A stretch of 63,170 nucleotides of DNA, the filler included, from Intoshia linei (taxonomy: Eukaryota; Animalia; Orthonectida), in assembly GCA_001642005.1 (NCBI GenBank). It is 11 parts of 11 records of this genome, joined end to end, with 100 filler letters (N's around TTAATTAATTAA, not from the genome) between each part and the next. Parts side by side here need not be neighbours in the genome. Positions count along the whole stretch, not along the records: positions 48,373 to 61,987 come from LWCA01001011.1; 10 more parts are not named here. One strand, given 5' to 3'. The notes under the pieces were generated by a model. That model was not told the origin of the DNA and ran no database searches. It worked only from the letters and a program-made list of their open reading frames with translations. Numbering within the stretch: position 1 is the stretch's first letter; each line of letters opens with the position of its first letter. A program made the translations under genes and the position numbers. This document shows positions 49,851-61,620 of the stretch, one piece after another.

Positions 49851-52800
49851 ATGTCTCACGAAAAAGATATTATGAAGTTAAATTTGTACAGTGTGTTAGA
49901 CATTGAAGACTTTTCCGATGAAAAACAGGTATTTCTTAAGTAACAGTTAATTAATTTGTTATAACAGTTTTCTGTGTAAATTGCCGATTTAAAAAATATT
50001 TTGCATTTTATGTTTGCGACTCCATAACTATTGTTACAAACTTAATACTTTTTTATTTGATGTATCATTTTAGATTCGAAAAGCTTATAGAAAATTATCG
50101 CTAAAATACCATCCTGATAAAAACAAATCTGCAAATGCCGGTATGTTTATTTGTTCTATGGCTTGACAATACACCACTCCAGAAAAATTATCAGTTTATT
50201 CGGGGATTAGTGGTTTATGCCCAATGAGACTGTATGACAGCTTAATATACTATTGTAGTCGATTGTTTAATGCCTACTTTGTTTGTGTAGGTGAGAATTA
50301 CATTTTACTTTATAAACTTGTTCTCTGGTAAAATAGTATTTCCAACATTTAATGGGCAATAAGGATGTACTTCTTTTGAAAATTAATACACTTCTGATTT
50401 TTGGTCACTCAGTATGTCGAATTTTTTTCTATATTTCATTTTTTACACTCACTTTTGTGTACAATGTACATAGAATGTTATGCGATACAATAACACTTTA
50501 TTACATCTTCTCTAGCGTCAGTTCCACTTTATTTATAAATAGTATAATTTTTTCGAATTGATTAAAAGAGTACCCTATTTATTAAAATTTTTACATACAT
50601 TGTTTTAGTTACGGAATTTTTGAAAATTGGAAAGTGTTTGGAAATTTTAACTGATAAAACGCTACGGGTAATCTATGTAGCTTTTAATATAATCCAGATC
50701 TTAGGACCAATATGACTGCACCCTTAGATCAAGGAAGGCTGCAGAAATTAGACTATCAGCAATGAATAAACAGCGTAAAAAATTAAGAAATGGTTATTTC
50801 AATTTTTAAATTTAATAGAATTGATCAATTAGATTTGGAATTACGCGAAAAAAACTTTAAAGCAGAAGAAAAGTTGAGTTCTGATTATGAAGCACGGGTA
50901 ATTTTTCACTAAAAATAATGGTGATATTTATTTCTTAGATTAAAATGTTACGAAAACAAACAGAAGAAATGTTAAAGAATGAACTAAAAACATACAATAA
51001 GGAAATTAAAAAATCAGGTTATTTTATTATATAATTATAATTTTATTATGTTCTGAAAATTCATTTTTGTTATAAAAATGCTTTATTTTAACAGAAAATA
51101 TAGTATATAGTGCGCGAATAATGATAAGCCTAACTGTTTTTTGATATTTTCATGATTATTTCAACTCTATTAACACAAATACACAATTATTGTTGATTAA
51201 ATTTAATTATAAATAAATGTTTATTGTATATTATACAAAATATAATGTTATAAAATCATTCATGAAGATCTTCACCGCGCCTTACAGCACCATAGTATCG
51301 CTCCACATGATTGCAGAAGTGAAGTAATTTTTGTAAGGTAAGGACATGTATTGCTTCATTAGAAATTATTTCAAGAATTCGCATGCGAAATTCACAAATT
51401 GATACACCATTTATTCTTCTATATGCTATCATCTGAGACATTTCATCCCTAAGCTTTATATTCACCTCGTTTTTGAAACAACTCCATGCAAGCTCAATTG
51501 GATTTAGCAAATGTGAATAGGGGGCTAATCGTATTCTTATCACAGATTCAAGTTTGCTGTGAACAGGAGCATTGTCTATGACAAAGGTAGGTGAAATTAC
51601 GCCTATTTCGGTACACTCATCAATCAAACTTCTGAACCAGTCATTGCAATCATCACCTTTAAATGAGCCGCGGTGAGTCTTGAAATTGAATATTCTACTT
51701 GCAGACATCGCAGCAATACAGTGGATATTTGAACCTTTCGAACCTGCCGTAATAACCGTCGACCTGCATCCAACTTTAGACCTACCCTCCTTTCGTATAC
51801 AAAACAAATTGAAGTTAGATTCGTTAATCAAGATTATAGTTCTACCATTAGATCTCGCCAATAGTAAACTATTAACATAGTCAACTCGCTTCAATTTGTT
51901 TTCTGGGCTATTAACATTGATGGGCATTGGTCTAATAGCCTTCAACGTGAACAACTCACAATCCAACCAATTTTTTATTGTATTTGTGCAAACTGTTACT
52001 TGAAATACTTGGAACAATTTATCCACGCATTCCTTGGATATTCAAATGTAATACTTCGAGCTATAAGCATGCACATGGATTGAGTCATTGCAGTGACGTG
52101 TTCATCCGATAATTTAAAATGGTATTTTTTTCCTGTTCCAAATGTTTTAATTTCATTATCGACGTGTAAATATAAGGATATTTCGTAATGCAATGATATC
52201 AATAAGAAATTTTCAATTAGCGCATATGATTCAACAGAGTGAGACGGAAATGTGAGGTTTTGATACACCAAATCTGAAAGTTCAACTTTTTTCAAATGTG
52301 GTGAAACGCTGAGTTTAACGCGTATTTTCTCTGTACTATCATCATCAATATGTAAGTCTTTAACCGCCTGATACACACAATTACCTTTCGAATCATTATA
52401 GGTAGCCGTGATGCATTCTTCGTTAAAATAAATATTTATAAAATAGCATTTGCTATATGCAGGTGGTGGGTCATCATCAACAGTATCAGATTTTTTTCAA
52501 AGGTGTCGTTGTACGCATCGAGTACAAAATCACTATCTAATCCATCCAATTTGCTTTCTTCACGAACAAAATTGTCCACAGTTAAATTTTCACCAACATA
52601 TTCTTCAAGTTCGTATTCAATCGTAACGAATCGACACATGCGATCTAGCTGTATCGCAAGTGTAAGTTCAGGTTTGATAAAATTAGCGAGTTTAGTGTGT
52701 AGATTCGAGAAGAAATCTAGAAAAGTTCTCTTAATCGTTTCGGTTACAGCACATGAAAACGTAGCTTCATTTAACAATTTCGCAACAACAGCGTCATCTT

Positions 52801-55278
52801 TCATCATTTATTTCACTTTACACTTAAAACTAAATAACTTGTTAAAGAATTTCGTACATGCAGAACTCTCACCATAAGATCGTAGTTTCTTCTCGGACTC
52901 CATGAGTATCGATAACATTTTGGTACACTGGTATGACGAATTGTATGCAGTCATAAAAATCGCGAAAACAACTTTTTGCAAATCACATATTTGCATCCTT
53001 TTAACATTACGCATAGTCGTGCCTCCTATTATTTCACGTGTATTAAACATGTTTGCAGCAACCAATAAAATTTTCACAGTAAATTTCCCATCAGGTAATG
53101 ATAGTGCGTACGCATATAAGTTTTCATGATACTTATATCAGGATTAATGATACTCATAATGTAATAATATTAAATTTTTATATATTAAAATGTAAGAATT
53201 GAACTCAATATAAAATTTTTGATTAATCGAGTATAATAACTTTAAACGAGTAATCAGTATATATGTAAATATTAGTATATTATATTTCCAGATTACTTTC
53301 TTTTGAACGTTGTTGTATACAACATTCTAATTGAAAATGATTTAAAATATTAGTTACCGATTTACAATCGTAATTTAATATTATTTTTCAATTGTAACAA
53401 TAAATTTTATTACGGAGATTTTAAACTCTAATTTTTTTTTAGCAATAGTAATCGAGCATCCAATTGGGTTTCCGTTTTGAACGTATATTTCTTCTCTTTT
53501 CTTGAGTCGTATATATTTCTTCAAAAGTCAGATTAGAATCAATCAAATCATTGTCAATTGTAGAATATTCTGCAAATTCACTTATTATTTCGGTTTCTCG
53601 ACTTGTTAAGAATCTTTTCTTTCATGTTTAAATTATATATATGATTATAGTTAACATTTTCAGTTAACATACAAAGATGGAACTATATAGTTCACGCTAT
53701 TAACTCGATCTATAACCTGTTATCCGTCAACCTCCTTATAAGATGGGATGATGCCTTGTTTCAAAAACATTCTCATTCTGTGATCAGCGTCCCTCTGGAT
53801 AATTATTATTTTTGGGGGACATTTTGACCAAAAGTGGGTGGTCTTTTCAAAAATTTTTAAAAGCATATTCGTAACATATATAAAATTACTCATCTTTCTA
53901 TAATAGAGTTTTCAGATTTAGTTTATTTGATTTTTACTTTTATTTCTGAGTGTGTGTGCGCCTCAGATTGTAATAGGTACACGATTCGTACCCTATTAAA
54001 TTTCTACATAATGGTCCTTGAGATTTGGGTGTTAATGAGAACTTTAAGTCCTAACTGCCAACAGGATCATTTTCAAATTGTAATGTTTAATAAATAATCT
54101 AGACATTAAAGTTAAATAATTATATTTACATTTGTTATAATGTTAATATTCTAAATTGAATGAGTGATATTAAATTTTGTCTCATTGGCAAATGTTAATA
54201 TTTATATATTTTGTTAATGGTGGTTAGGGGAACCATTAAGGGATAACTAAATTTTATTAAAATATAAAAGGCAACATACTTATTACAGAGATAATGGGTG
54301 TTGATAACTTATATTGTCAAACTCTTAATAAATTAATTATTCAATTTAATTTAATTTTTTTTTATTTGATAAAATTGAAAATTTAATTTGTTGATAAAAA
54401 TTAAAAATATATATTTTTTTATATATTTTCGCATCGCTCAGGTTAGGAAACACTGCTTTAGCGTCATACTTTTATTAATATTATTTTAGATAATATCAAT
54501 CCAACAGAATATCCTATTTTGAAGGTAAAATGGAAATTGGATCAAAACGAATTAAAGTATGATAAAAGCATTTTATCTCATACATTTTTACCTGTAATTG
54601 TTATCAAATAATAATCAGTAATTGTGAAACTCGTTAAAAATGTAGGGAAATAGAATTTATGTTACTTTAAGACACGAATAGACCCACGCGAAGCTTTTTT
54701 TATTATTTTATTTACATTTTTTTTTTTGTAATTTTCATATATATCACGTTAATTGAATACCATCCATACTCTAAAATTATTTTACTGTGAAATATTTAAT
54801 TGAATCTTATAAAATATATATCAATATATCATTAACACAAATTTAGTATGGAAGAGTTCATTCAGTGTATATATCAAAATCAAATTCTGCTTTAGTGGAA
54901 TTTTCAATGTTATACGTACAAGTAATTATTTTTTGTTAACTATTGATTTCAAATTTAGCCTAGTGTAATATTAAATGAGGAAGGATTAGAAAAAAACCCT
55001 TTAAGTTGCAAATGGGATAATGGCGATGCAGTTAAACAGTTTTATATTAAATGTTCACTCAACAACAAGGTAATATAAATTTATGTGATTTGTGACTTAT
55101 TTCCTTAGAAGTGGCGATCATTCGATAAATTGAGTGATACAAAATCCAATACTAAACTGCCTACAGGAAAAAGCCAACAAGATATATTGGTAATTAACGA
55201 ACTAATTGGATTGTTAATTAATAAATTTAGTACGAAAGTATGGAAAATGACGTTTTATCAAGAATGTTAAATTCCTGA
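49851..55278 (+). CDS. DNAJC17: DnaJ homolog subfamily C member 17 (J-domain plus RRM), multi-exon
   Basis: LNLYSVLDI..EKQ/IRKAYRKLSLKYHPDKN (HPD motif)/..LEILTDKTLR/DQYD..RKAAEIR..RKKLR/..LELRE../PILKVKW../YGRV..SALVEF../NEEGLEKNPL..W../YESMENDVLSRMLNS*. Confidence 0.85.
51103..52040 (-). mobile_element. Tc1/IS630-like transposase remnant in a DNAJC17 intron
   Basis: IILINESNFN (first Asp changed to Asn), FVIDNAPVH and LAPYSHLLNPIELAWS; only 26 aa between D and E, consistent with a deletion. The 5' end is replaced by non-transposase sequence. A possible terminus lies near 51105. Confidence 0.85.
52040..53157 (-). pseudogene. Putative endogenous viral element: nege/kita/virga-like (+)ssRNA replicase fragment with OTU-like protease
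   Basis: One reconstructed frame of about 370 aa, broken by an in-frame TAA (52808-52810) and a frameshift in an A7 run (about 52491-52497). LYAYALSLPDGKFTVKILLVAANMFNTREIIGGTT..DLQKVVFAIFMTAYNSSY resembles the post-methyltransferase region of tobamo-lineage replicases. NDSKGNCVYQAV..ENFLLISLHYEISLYLH..FGTGKKYHFKLSDEH resembles a viral OTU. The segment is intronless and richer in GC than its flanks. Confidence 0.6.
53437..54110 (-). mobile_element. Highly degenerate Gypsy integrase 3' end
   Basis: Minus-strand fragments QVIDRVNSVNYIV (GPY/F-like) and RRNIRSKRKPNWMLDYYC*, a typical Gypsy pol tail. Confidence 0.5.
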
Positions 55279-55337
55279 TTCAAAATATAATCCAACAAAT
55301 GGTAATACACCATTGTAAATAAATTTTCAATTTGATA

Positions 55338-55835
55338 ATGTTGTTTCGTTTCGATTTGATTCTAATTGGTTTTTGTTTACCCTGTAATTTTTGGAATATT
55401 ATCTTTATTTATTCATATTTAGTTGTTAGCTGCAATTTTACCTGCTTTAGTTGTATTAGTTTATCTGATGATATGTATGATAAATGCAATAGGAATCAAT
55501 CAGTTTTAAATTCAATAACAAAGTGTGCGCTCCTAGGAACAAATGAGTCCTGCATTGTAAATTTTATAATTACATAACAATTTGATAAAATTAGACTCAC
55601 ATGGTTGACAACGTAGTCTCAAGGTTTTGTGGGCCCAAGTGCGATTACACTAAATGCAATGGTCTTCTTGGTAAAGCGGTATTTATACGAAGTACTAAAT
55701 TAACTAAAATCTTAGAGATGCGTTCAGTGTTGTAATGAAAACAATTGCAACGATGGTTGGGTTCGTTTGAACGCCAATGCAGTTTCTTTGAATCTTATAT
55801 TTATCGTTATAGTTTTAATTTTTAGCCTTCATTAA
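55338..55835 (+). CDS. GPI-anchored Ly6/uPAR (three-finger) protein, 4 exons
   Basis: Hydrophobic leader MLFRFDLILI/VVSC, then FTCFSC..KC..SCI/..RFCGPKCDYTKC../RCVQCCNENNCN (CCxxxxCN signature) and a hydrophobic GPI-type tail LNLIFIVIVLIFSLH*. Confidence 0.8.
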
Positions 55836-56382
55836 ATATTCATATTTGGTTATTTTAAAAATTCATAATATTTTTTCTAAATATCACAATAATAAAAAGA
55901 GTTCCATTAACATTTTAAATGAGTTATAAGTGGACTATAAAATTCGACATTTTGAGAACTCAAAAACACGAGTTTGTCATGCATGTTGTGCTAATATTAA
56001 TTTGAATTAAACATTTTGTTTTATTTCAAATTTAACCCAATTCCAGATTTCTTAAATTTACCAAAAGTATAAAAAAATAGATATTGACCAAACAGGACAA
56101 AATATCTATTTGCAAAATCAATTAACACTATCTGTGAGACATTTGTCCATTTGAGTATTGTACCATTTTAAACAATACGAAAATGAAAAACAATGTAATT
56201 AGTTCATAATAATATATTGGTACATAATATGTACCTGCAAATAACACATTGAAGTATAAATTCTAATAATACAAGCATGACAATACTTGTAAGTTGTATT
56301 TAACGTATTCCTATTTTGAATCAATTCAACTAATTATGGCTAATGATGATATTGATTTATAAGACTATTGATCAATCTAAAA

Positions 56383-59300
56383 ATGGATCGAGTCAAAATT
56401 AAAGATAATTTTAACAGTAAAATTTTAGCGTACATTAAATTAAATGGCAACAACATTTAGATTACGATGTATTATTTAAAAAAGGTGAAGGTGCATTTTC
56501 AACCGTTTATAAATGCCTAAATATAAAAAACAATGAATATTATGCATGCAAGATATTAAAGAAAAAATTTAATAGGTTTAAAATTATAATTTTAGATAAC
56601 TATTTGAGCCATTCTCTAGCAAATAAAATATAAATATTTCAATTTAAGTGATCTATAAGAAATGATATCTAAGACAAATACTCATAGATAGACTTATCGC
56701 GTATGAAGGCGTGCAACATGGTTATTTGCACTATTTTACATAGAAGTAAATACTAAAACGTAAATTTACAATGAAACCTTGTCACAGTATTACGCGCAAA
56801 AATATGAAAAAATTTGAACATCAGTTTTTTGATGATTCTTGTGAATATTAAATTAATTGAAGTTTTATAATAGATTGAATAGTGAGATACGTACGTAGTT
56901 AACAGTTATTTGTAAAATTAAAAAAATGTATTTTTGTAATTAGACTATAAATTCGGTTCAAAATACACATAAAATGTTACAGCGTTACGAATTGAATTTA
57001 TTATTTACGTTATACATTTATGGTATTAATAAATTGTAAATTATATCCACAAAACGGTGCTTCACCTCTATGTTCTGATAAATTAACACTTTAATTAACA
57101 TTAATATAAGTATAATTATATAATTTTAATTAACACAAATAATTATACATTTTAATAATTAACTCGTGTTTTTAAATTCTAACCACATTATTTTTACGCA
57201 CATCCGATAGATTTTAATTTTCTCAACATTACCATGCAGTGTTATGATTTTCGTAGTCAACATTGGCGTAGTTATGATGCATTCTTTTTGAGAATGTATT
57301 TTAAAATATAATTTGTTTTAAGAAATTATGTCATAATTTCTTAATAGAGCCTTAATATTAGATTTTATAATATTTTTGAAATATAATGAAAAGATACGAA
57401 TCAAACAAAACAAAAAAAAATATGGTAGCATATAATTTAAATTTATCGTTTTTTTAATTTATGGCAGAGAATGGATCATTTATTGATTTACAATTATTTA
57501 TATTATATTAATGTAAAATTGAAATTATTCATTATTTTAGTAAAGACAATATAGGAAATTTACGTGAAATTTTTGCATTAAAATCAATGTCAAAATGCAA
57601 AAATATAATTAATATTCATGAAATAATTTTTGAAAAAGAAAATGGCACTGTATATTTAATTTTGGAATTATTCGATATGAATTTGTATCAATTTATGCAA
57701 GGTAGGTCATTACTGTTTAATATTTATAATTTCCACAGGTATCTTTTTAAATATTGATTTTAGTTCAAAAATATCCTTTGAAAACGCATGTAATTCTCAA
57801 AATTGTCGTTAATGTCTTAAAAGCACTTGAATATATGCATAGGTAATATACTTTCGATATGCTTATCATTAATTTTAAAATTTAGATTTTGTTTATTTCA
57901 TAGAGATATTAAACCTGAAAATATACTAATTAAAGTAATTTTTTTGATCTGAAACGGGTACAGAGTGAGCACATGACCCGGCTTTATTCGCCATATACGT
58001 ATGATCAAGAATACGTAGGAGGCATAAGACCGTATGACGGTACCAGATCACCAGGGCCCTACCATTATAAATGAGTAGGTGATGTTAAAAAAATCGAAAC
58101 ATGTTTTTATATCAACAGGGAATACTGTAAAAAAGTTTGACACTGGATTAAACAATTGATACTAGACCACATTTTTTTAATTTGTATATATTATAAGTAA
58201 TATGACTACAATTTTCGTCTGGTTTGGGACGGGCCATGATTGGATCTCCAGGGTCCTCAAATCGTCTACGACTGTAATTAATAGGTAATATTGGAAAATT
58301 TCATAAATAAGTCCAATTATTTTATAATTTGGTCTTTTAATCAGTGAAACACAATTAAATTAATATTTATATAAAAAATTCATAAGAAAAAAAATTTAAT
58401 ATATAAATTTTAAAAAACAAAAATTATTTTGAAGTAATTATCAAAAATGATCCATGAGAGGCTATTCGTTACCTTTGAGAACGGTGCTCATAATATACAA
58501 ACGGATATTGATAATATTAGCCATTACGGTCCGGTAAAATGCGAAAATGTAAGACCGTGGAGTCTCATGTAAATCACAAAACATTACAGATACAAACATT
58601 ATACTAGGTCACCTCAATGGGTAAATCCGGCTGTAATCTAATTTATAATCTTATAAAAACGTTTTTAAAAGCCAAGCATGCGACAAAAGTGACTTTTTTG
58701 AGACAGTTTCAATAATAGAAAAATTCCTAGAATAATTGATATTTAAGGTCCGCATCATTTTTATTATAATAAAATAGTTCTAAACACCGTTCTTCCCTTT
58801 AATAAAATCATTACAGTGGATAGTGATAAGAAGGTCCATATAAAATGAAGATTTTGATGTAAATATGAAATTATAACGAATGGCTTAAATATTATAACCG
58901 TTAAGTATCACTACGTTTTTCTCAATTATAAGAAGTCTTCTTATATTCGAGAGTAGAAAAAAAACTGTTTATAATAAAAAACAAGCAGACTTGTAAACAT
59001 ACTTTGAAAAATATAAAAAATACACTAAAAGTATGCTTTTATATTTTAAAAACTCGTTAGAATTGTATTAAATTACATCTTGGGTATTGTCAAAATCTAT
59101 TTGATATAAAACTTATAAATTAAATAAATAAAAATAACAATGAAGTCTATTGAGGAAGTAAAAAATGAGCTTTGTGAAGGACTTAAAGAATATTTGGTCC
59201 CCTTGATATCATTGATTATGAGTACATTGAAAATATTAAAAACACGTCCGAATCACCTTATCTTAATGAAATTTTTGTTGTTTATAAAAAATTTTAAATT

Positions 59301-60457
59301 CAGATTATTTTCAACGAATTAAATAAACAGCATATTGTATATGGTGAAAGCAAAACTTCTAAATTAGACATTCTATTGTATGAAGGAAGTTATTTTTTAA
59401 AAATGAATTGATAGGTTGTCTATTTTTTTGTTTAAAGTTCTTTCTTTCGAATACAAGCAGAAACTGCTTATATTCAAATTTTATTTAGTTAANTCTTTCT
59501 TTCGAATACAAGCAGAAACTGCTTATATTCAAATTTTATTTAGTTAAAAATTTCACTGAAAATTTGTATTTCAGGGGTCTGCTTATAATCGAGAAAAGAC
59601 AGTAGGGTTGATAAATGTAATTTAATTAGGTAAATTATATTATGACCGGTTGGAATAAAGTATTTTCATTGTGGATATTATAAAATCATGACATGGTTAA
59701 TTCACTGTGAAGCATAATTAAATATTATTCATTTATAAATAATTCTATTCATACATTTTGTCCCATTTTAAAAAAAATAATAATAATTTAGAATGGAGTA
59801 GCTAAATTGGGAGATTTTGGATCTGTACAATCGATGAGAAAGTGCAAACCACTTACCGAGTACATATCGACAAGATGGTAATTACTACAAATTTAATTTT
59901 GGTTCAATTGTTTGTGTTTCAGGTATCGATCTCCAGAGTGCTTACTCACGTGTGGTCAATATAACTATAAAATGGATATTTGGAGTATGGGTTGCGTAAC
60001 ATTTGAACTAATTACGTAAGTTTTTTTACAGATAATTAAATTTCATTCAATGTCACTGATATAGAACAATGGTTTAAGACCCTTAATTTTAATCATTTTC
60101 AAATTTAATTATATATATTAAATGTAAACAGATTTAAACCATTATTTGCTGGAAGAAATGAACTGGATCAAATTTCATTAATACATACAATTTTTGGTCC
60201 AGATAACAACACATTAGACTGTGATAGGTAATTTTAAGTATTACTATCTATATTTAAAAAATATATTCCTTAGACTCGTTCCATACAAAACGTACAAGAA
60301 ATTTAGGGAAAAATTAGTTCAATACCTTAGAAATGTATTATCACAAAAATTTGCCAATTTTGTGCATTTTATATCATTTATGTGCATTTATGATGCACAA
60401 TACCGACCTTCAGCTAAAAAGTGCTTACAACACTATATTTTTAGAAATTATCGGTAA
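56383..60457 (+). CDS. MOK: MOK/RAGE MAPK-like kinase, multi-exon; true 3' end uncertain
   Basis: KKGEGAFSTVYK..YYACKILKK/..NLREIFAL..LIFELFDMNLY/..IHRDIKPENILIK/..KLGDFGS..PLTEYISTRW/YRSPECLLTCGQYNYKMDIWSMGCV/..PLFAGRNELDQISLIH. The TEY motif and LLTxG pattern match MOK. One more exon may lie at about 60904-60949. Confidence 0.85.
56607..57477. mobile_element. TIR element in a MOK intron (GAGCCATTCTC termini)
   Basis: gagccattctct ... agagaatggatc; the right part is repeated at 40254-40404. Confidence 0.55.
58912..59604. mobile_element. pogo/Tc2-like non-autonomous element in a MOK intron
   Basis: ta-cgtttttctcaattataag ... cttataatcgagaaaagacag-ta. Confidence 0.55.
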
Positions 60458-61122
60458 TATTTAATTTGAGTTACCAGCTGTTTGAATTTCAGTGTGATCA
60501 GTTAATATGAGGATAATTGTTATGTGAATAACAGTACACGACCGGATTTACAACAAAATGGATCAATTTTCACAATTTTTTATGTGTCTTGAAATATTTG
60601 ACAGGGTCCATAGTTCTAAATGTGAATTTAAAAAAAACTATGAGGCGAAAATTTCCATAAATATATGCTAGTACATGAATAGTCAATTATGTATAAGGCT
60701 TATAATAAGCAGAATATTATTCAGCGTTTAAATAATAGAGATGGTGAATAATTAATGTTGATTCCTCATCTTTCTTTTATGTATGATTAAAATTTTAAAA
60801 ATTAACGAGAAATGAAATTGAAATGCACATGAAAAAACTAAAAGTGTACATTTGTACACAAAAATAAGGAAACAGCTTTTCTATTATAATATTAATTGTT
60901 TAGTCGCATTCAAAAGTGTTCCCTTTTACTTATAGTTGCACAAAGATAAATTTTAACCAGCTTTAAAAAAATAAACCAATTTCAGTCAACCCTAATAATT
61001 ATGTACTAACGTTGCATATATTTAGTGAAATTTATGTCCCTTCATTATAAGCGCAGCAATAGTTATTGCTAAAAGTGAAATATTATTAATAACAATATTT
61101 TGTACATATATACATTTACATA

Positions 61123-61620
61123 AGTAATTCTCGATTGGGGTCCCTGGACCCCTTGGATGTCCAAACTATATTCCTGGGTTCGTGTGATTTAAATAAAATA
61201 TACAAAATTTTATAATATTTATTACAGATTTGCCAGATGTTGGGAATTAATTCCAAAGACTAGGGGACCGGTACATTATTATTTCAAAAATCCTACTTTG
61301 ATCCCACTATTAAATTTAATTTAAATAAATTTCATAAAAAATGAAATTTTAAACCCTACGATTATTTAATTTTAAGGGAAAAATACCCTTTTTCCAATAT
61401 TTTTTTTGAAAGCACAGTTTTTCTCATATGATTTTATTGGATTAGAACTCTTATTCCAACCTAATCAAAATTCAATTTTAGCAACGCTTAAGGGAAATAT
61501 CCACTTTTACTAAATCTTATGAGAAAAAACTTTAAAAAAACATTTTTTCATAAACGTTATATATTTTATGTTTTCTTTGTGGGTCCAAAAAAATAAATAT
61601 TTTGAAATGGTGGTCCGTAT
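61123..61620. mobile_element. hAT-type MITE (family of 23309 and 45082)
   Basis: ttctcgattggggtccctggacccc matches 45088-45110; the right part is the reverse complement of 23340-23520. Confidence 0.6.

Noticed and set aside
52085-52140. GTGKKYHFKLSDEH read as the Tc1 transposase N-terminal linker
   Set aside because: It is in frame with the upstream GNCVYQAV motif and fits better as the OTU His region. The transposase frame only becomes recognisable from about 52040.
59437-59547. Direct repeat of about 55 bp split by one n
   Set aside because: Assembly join artefact.
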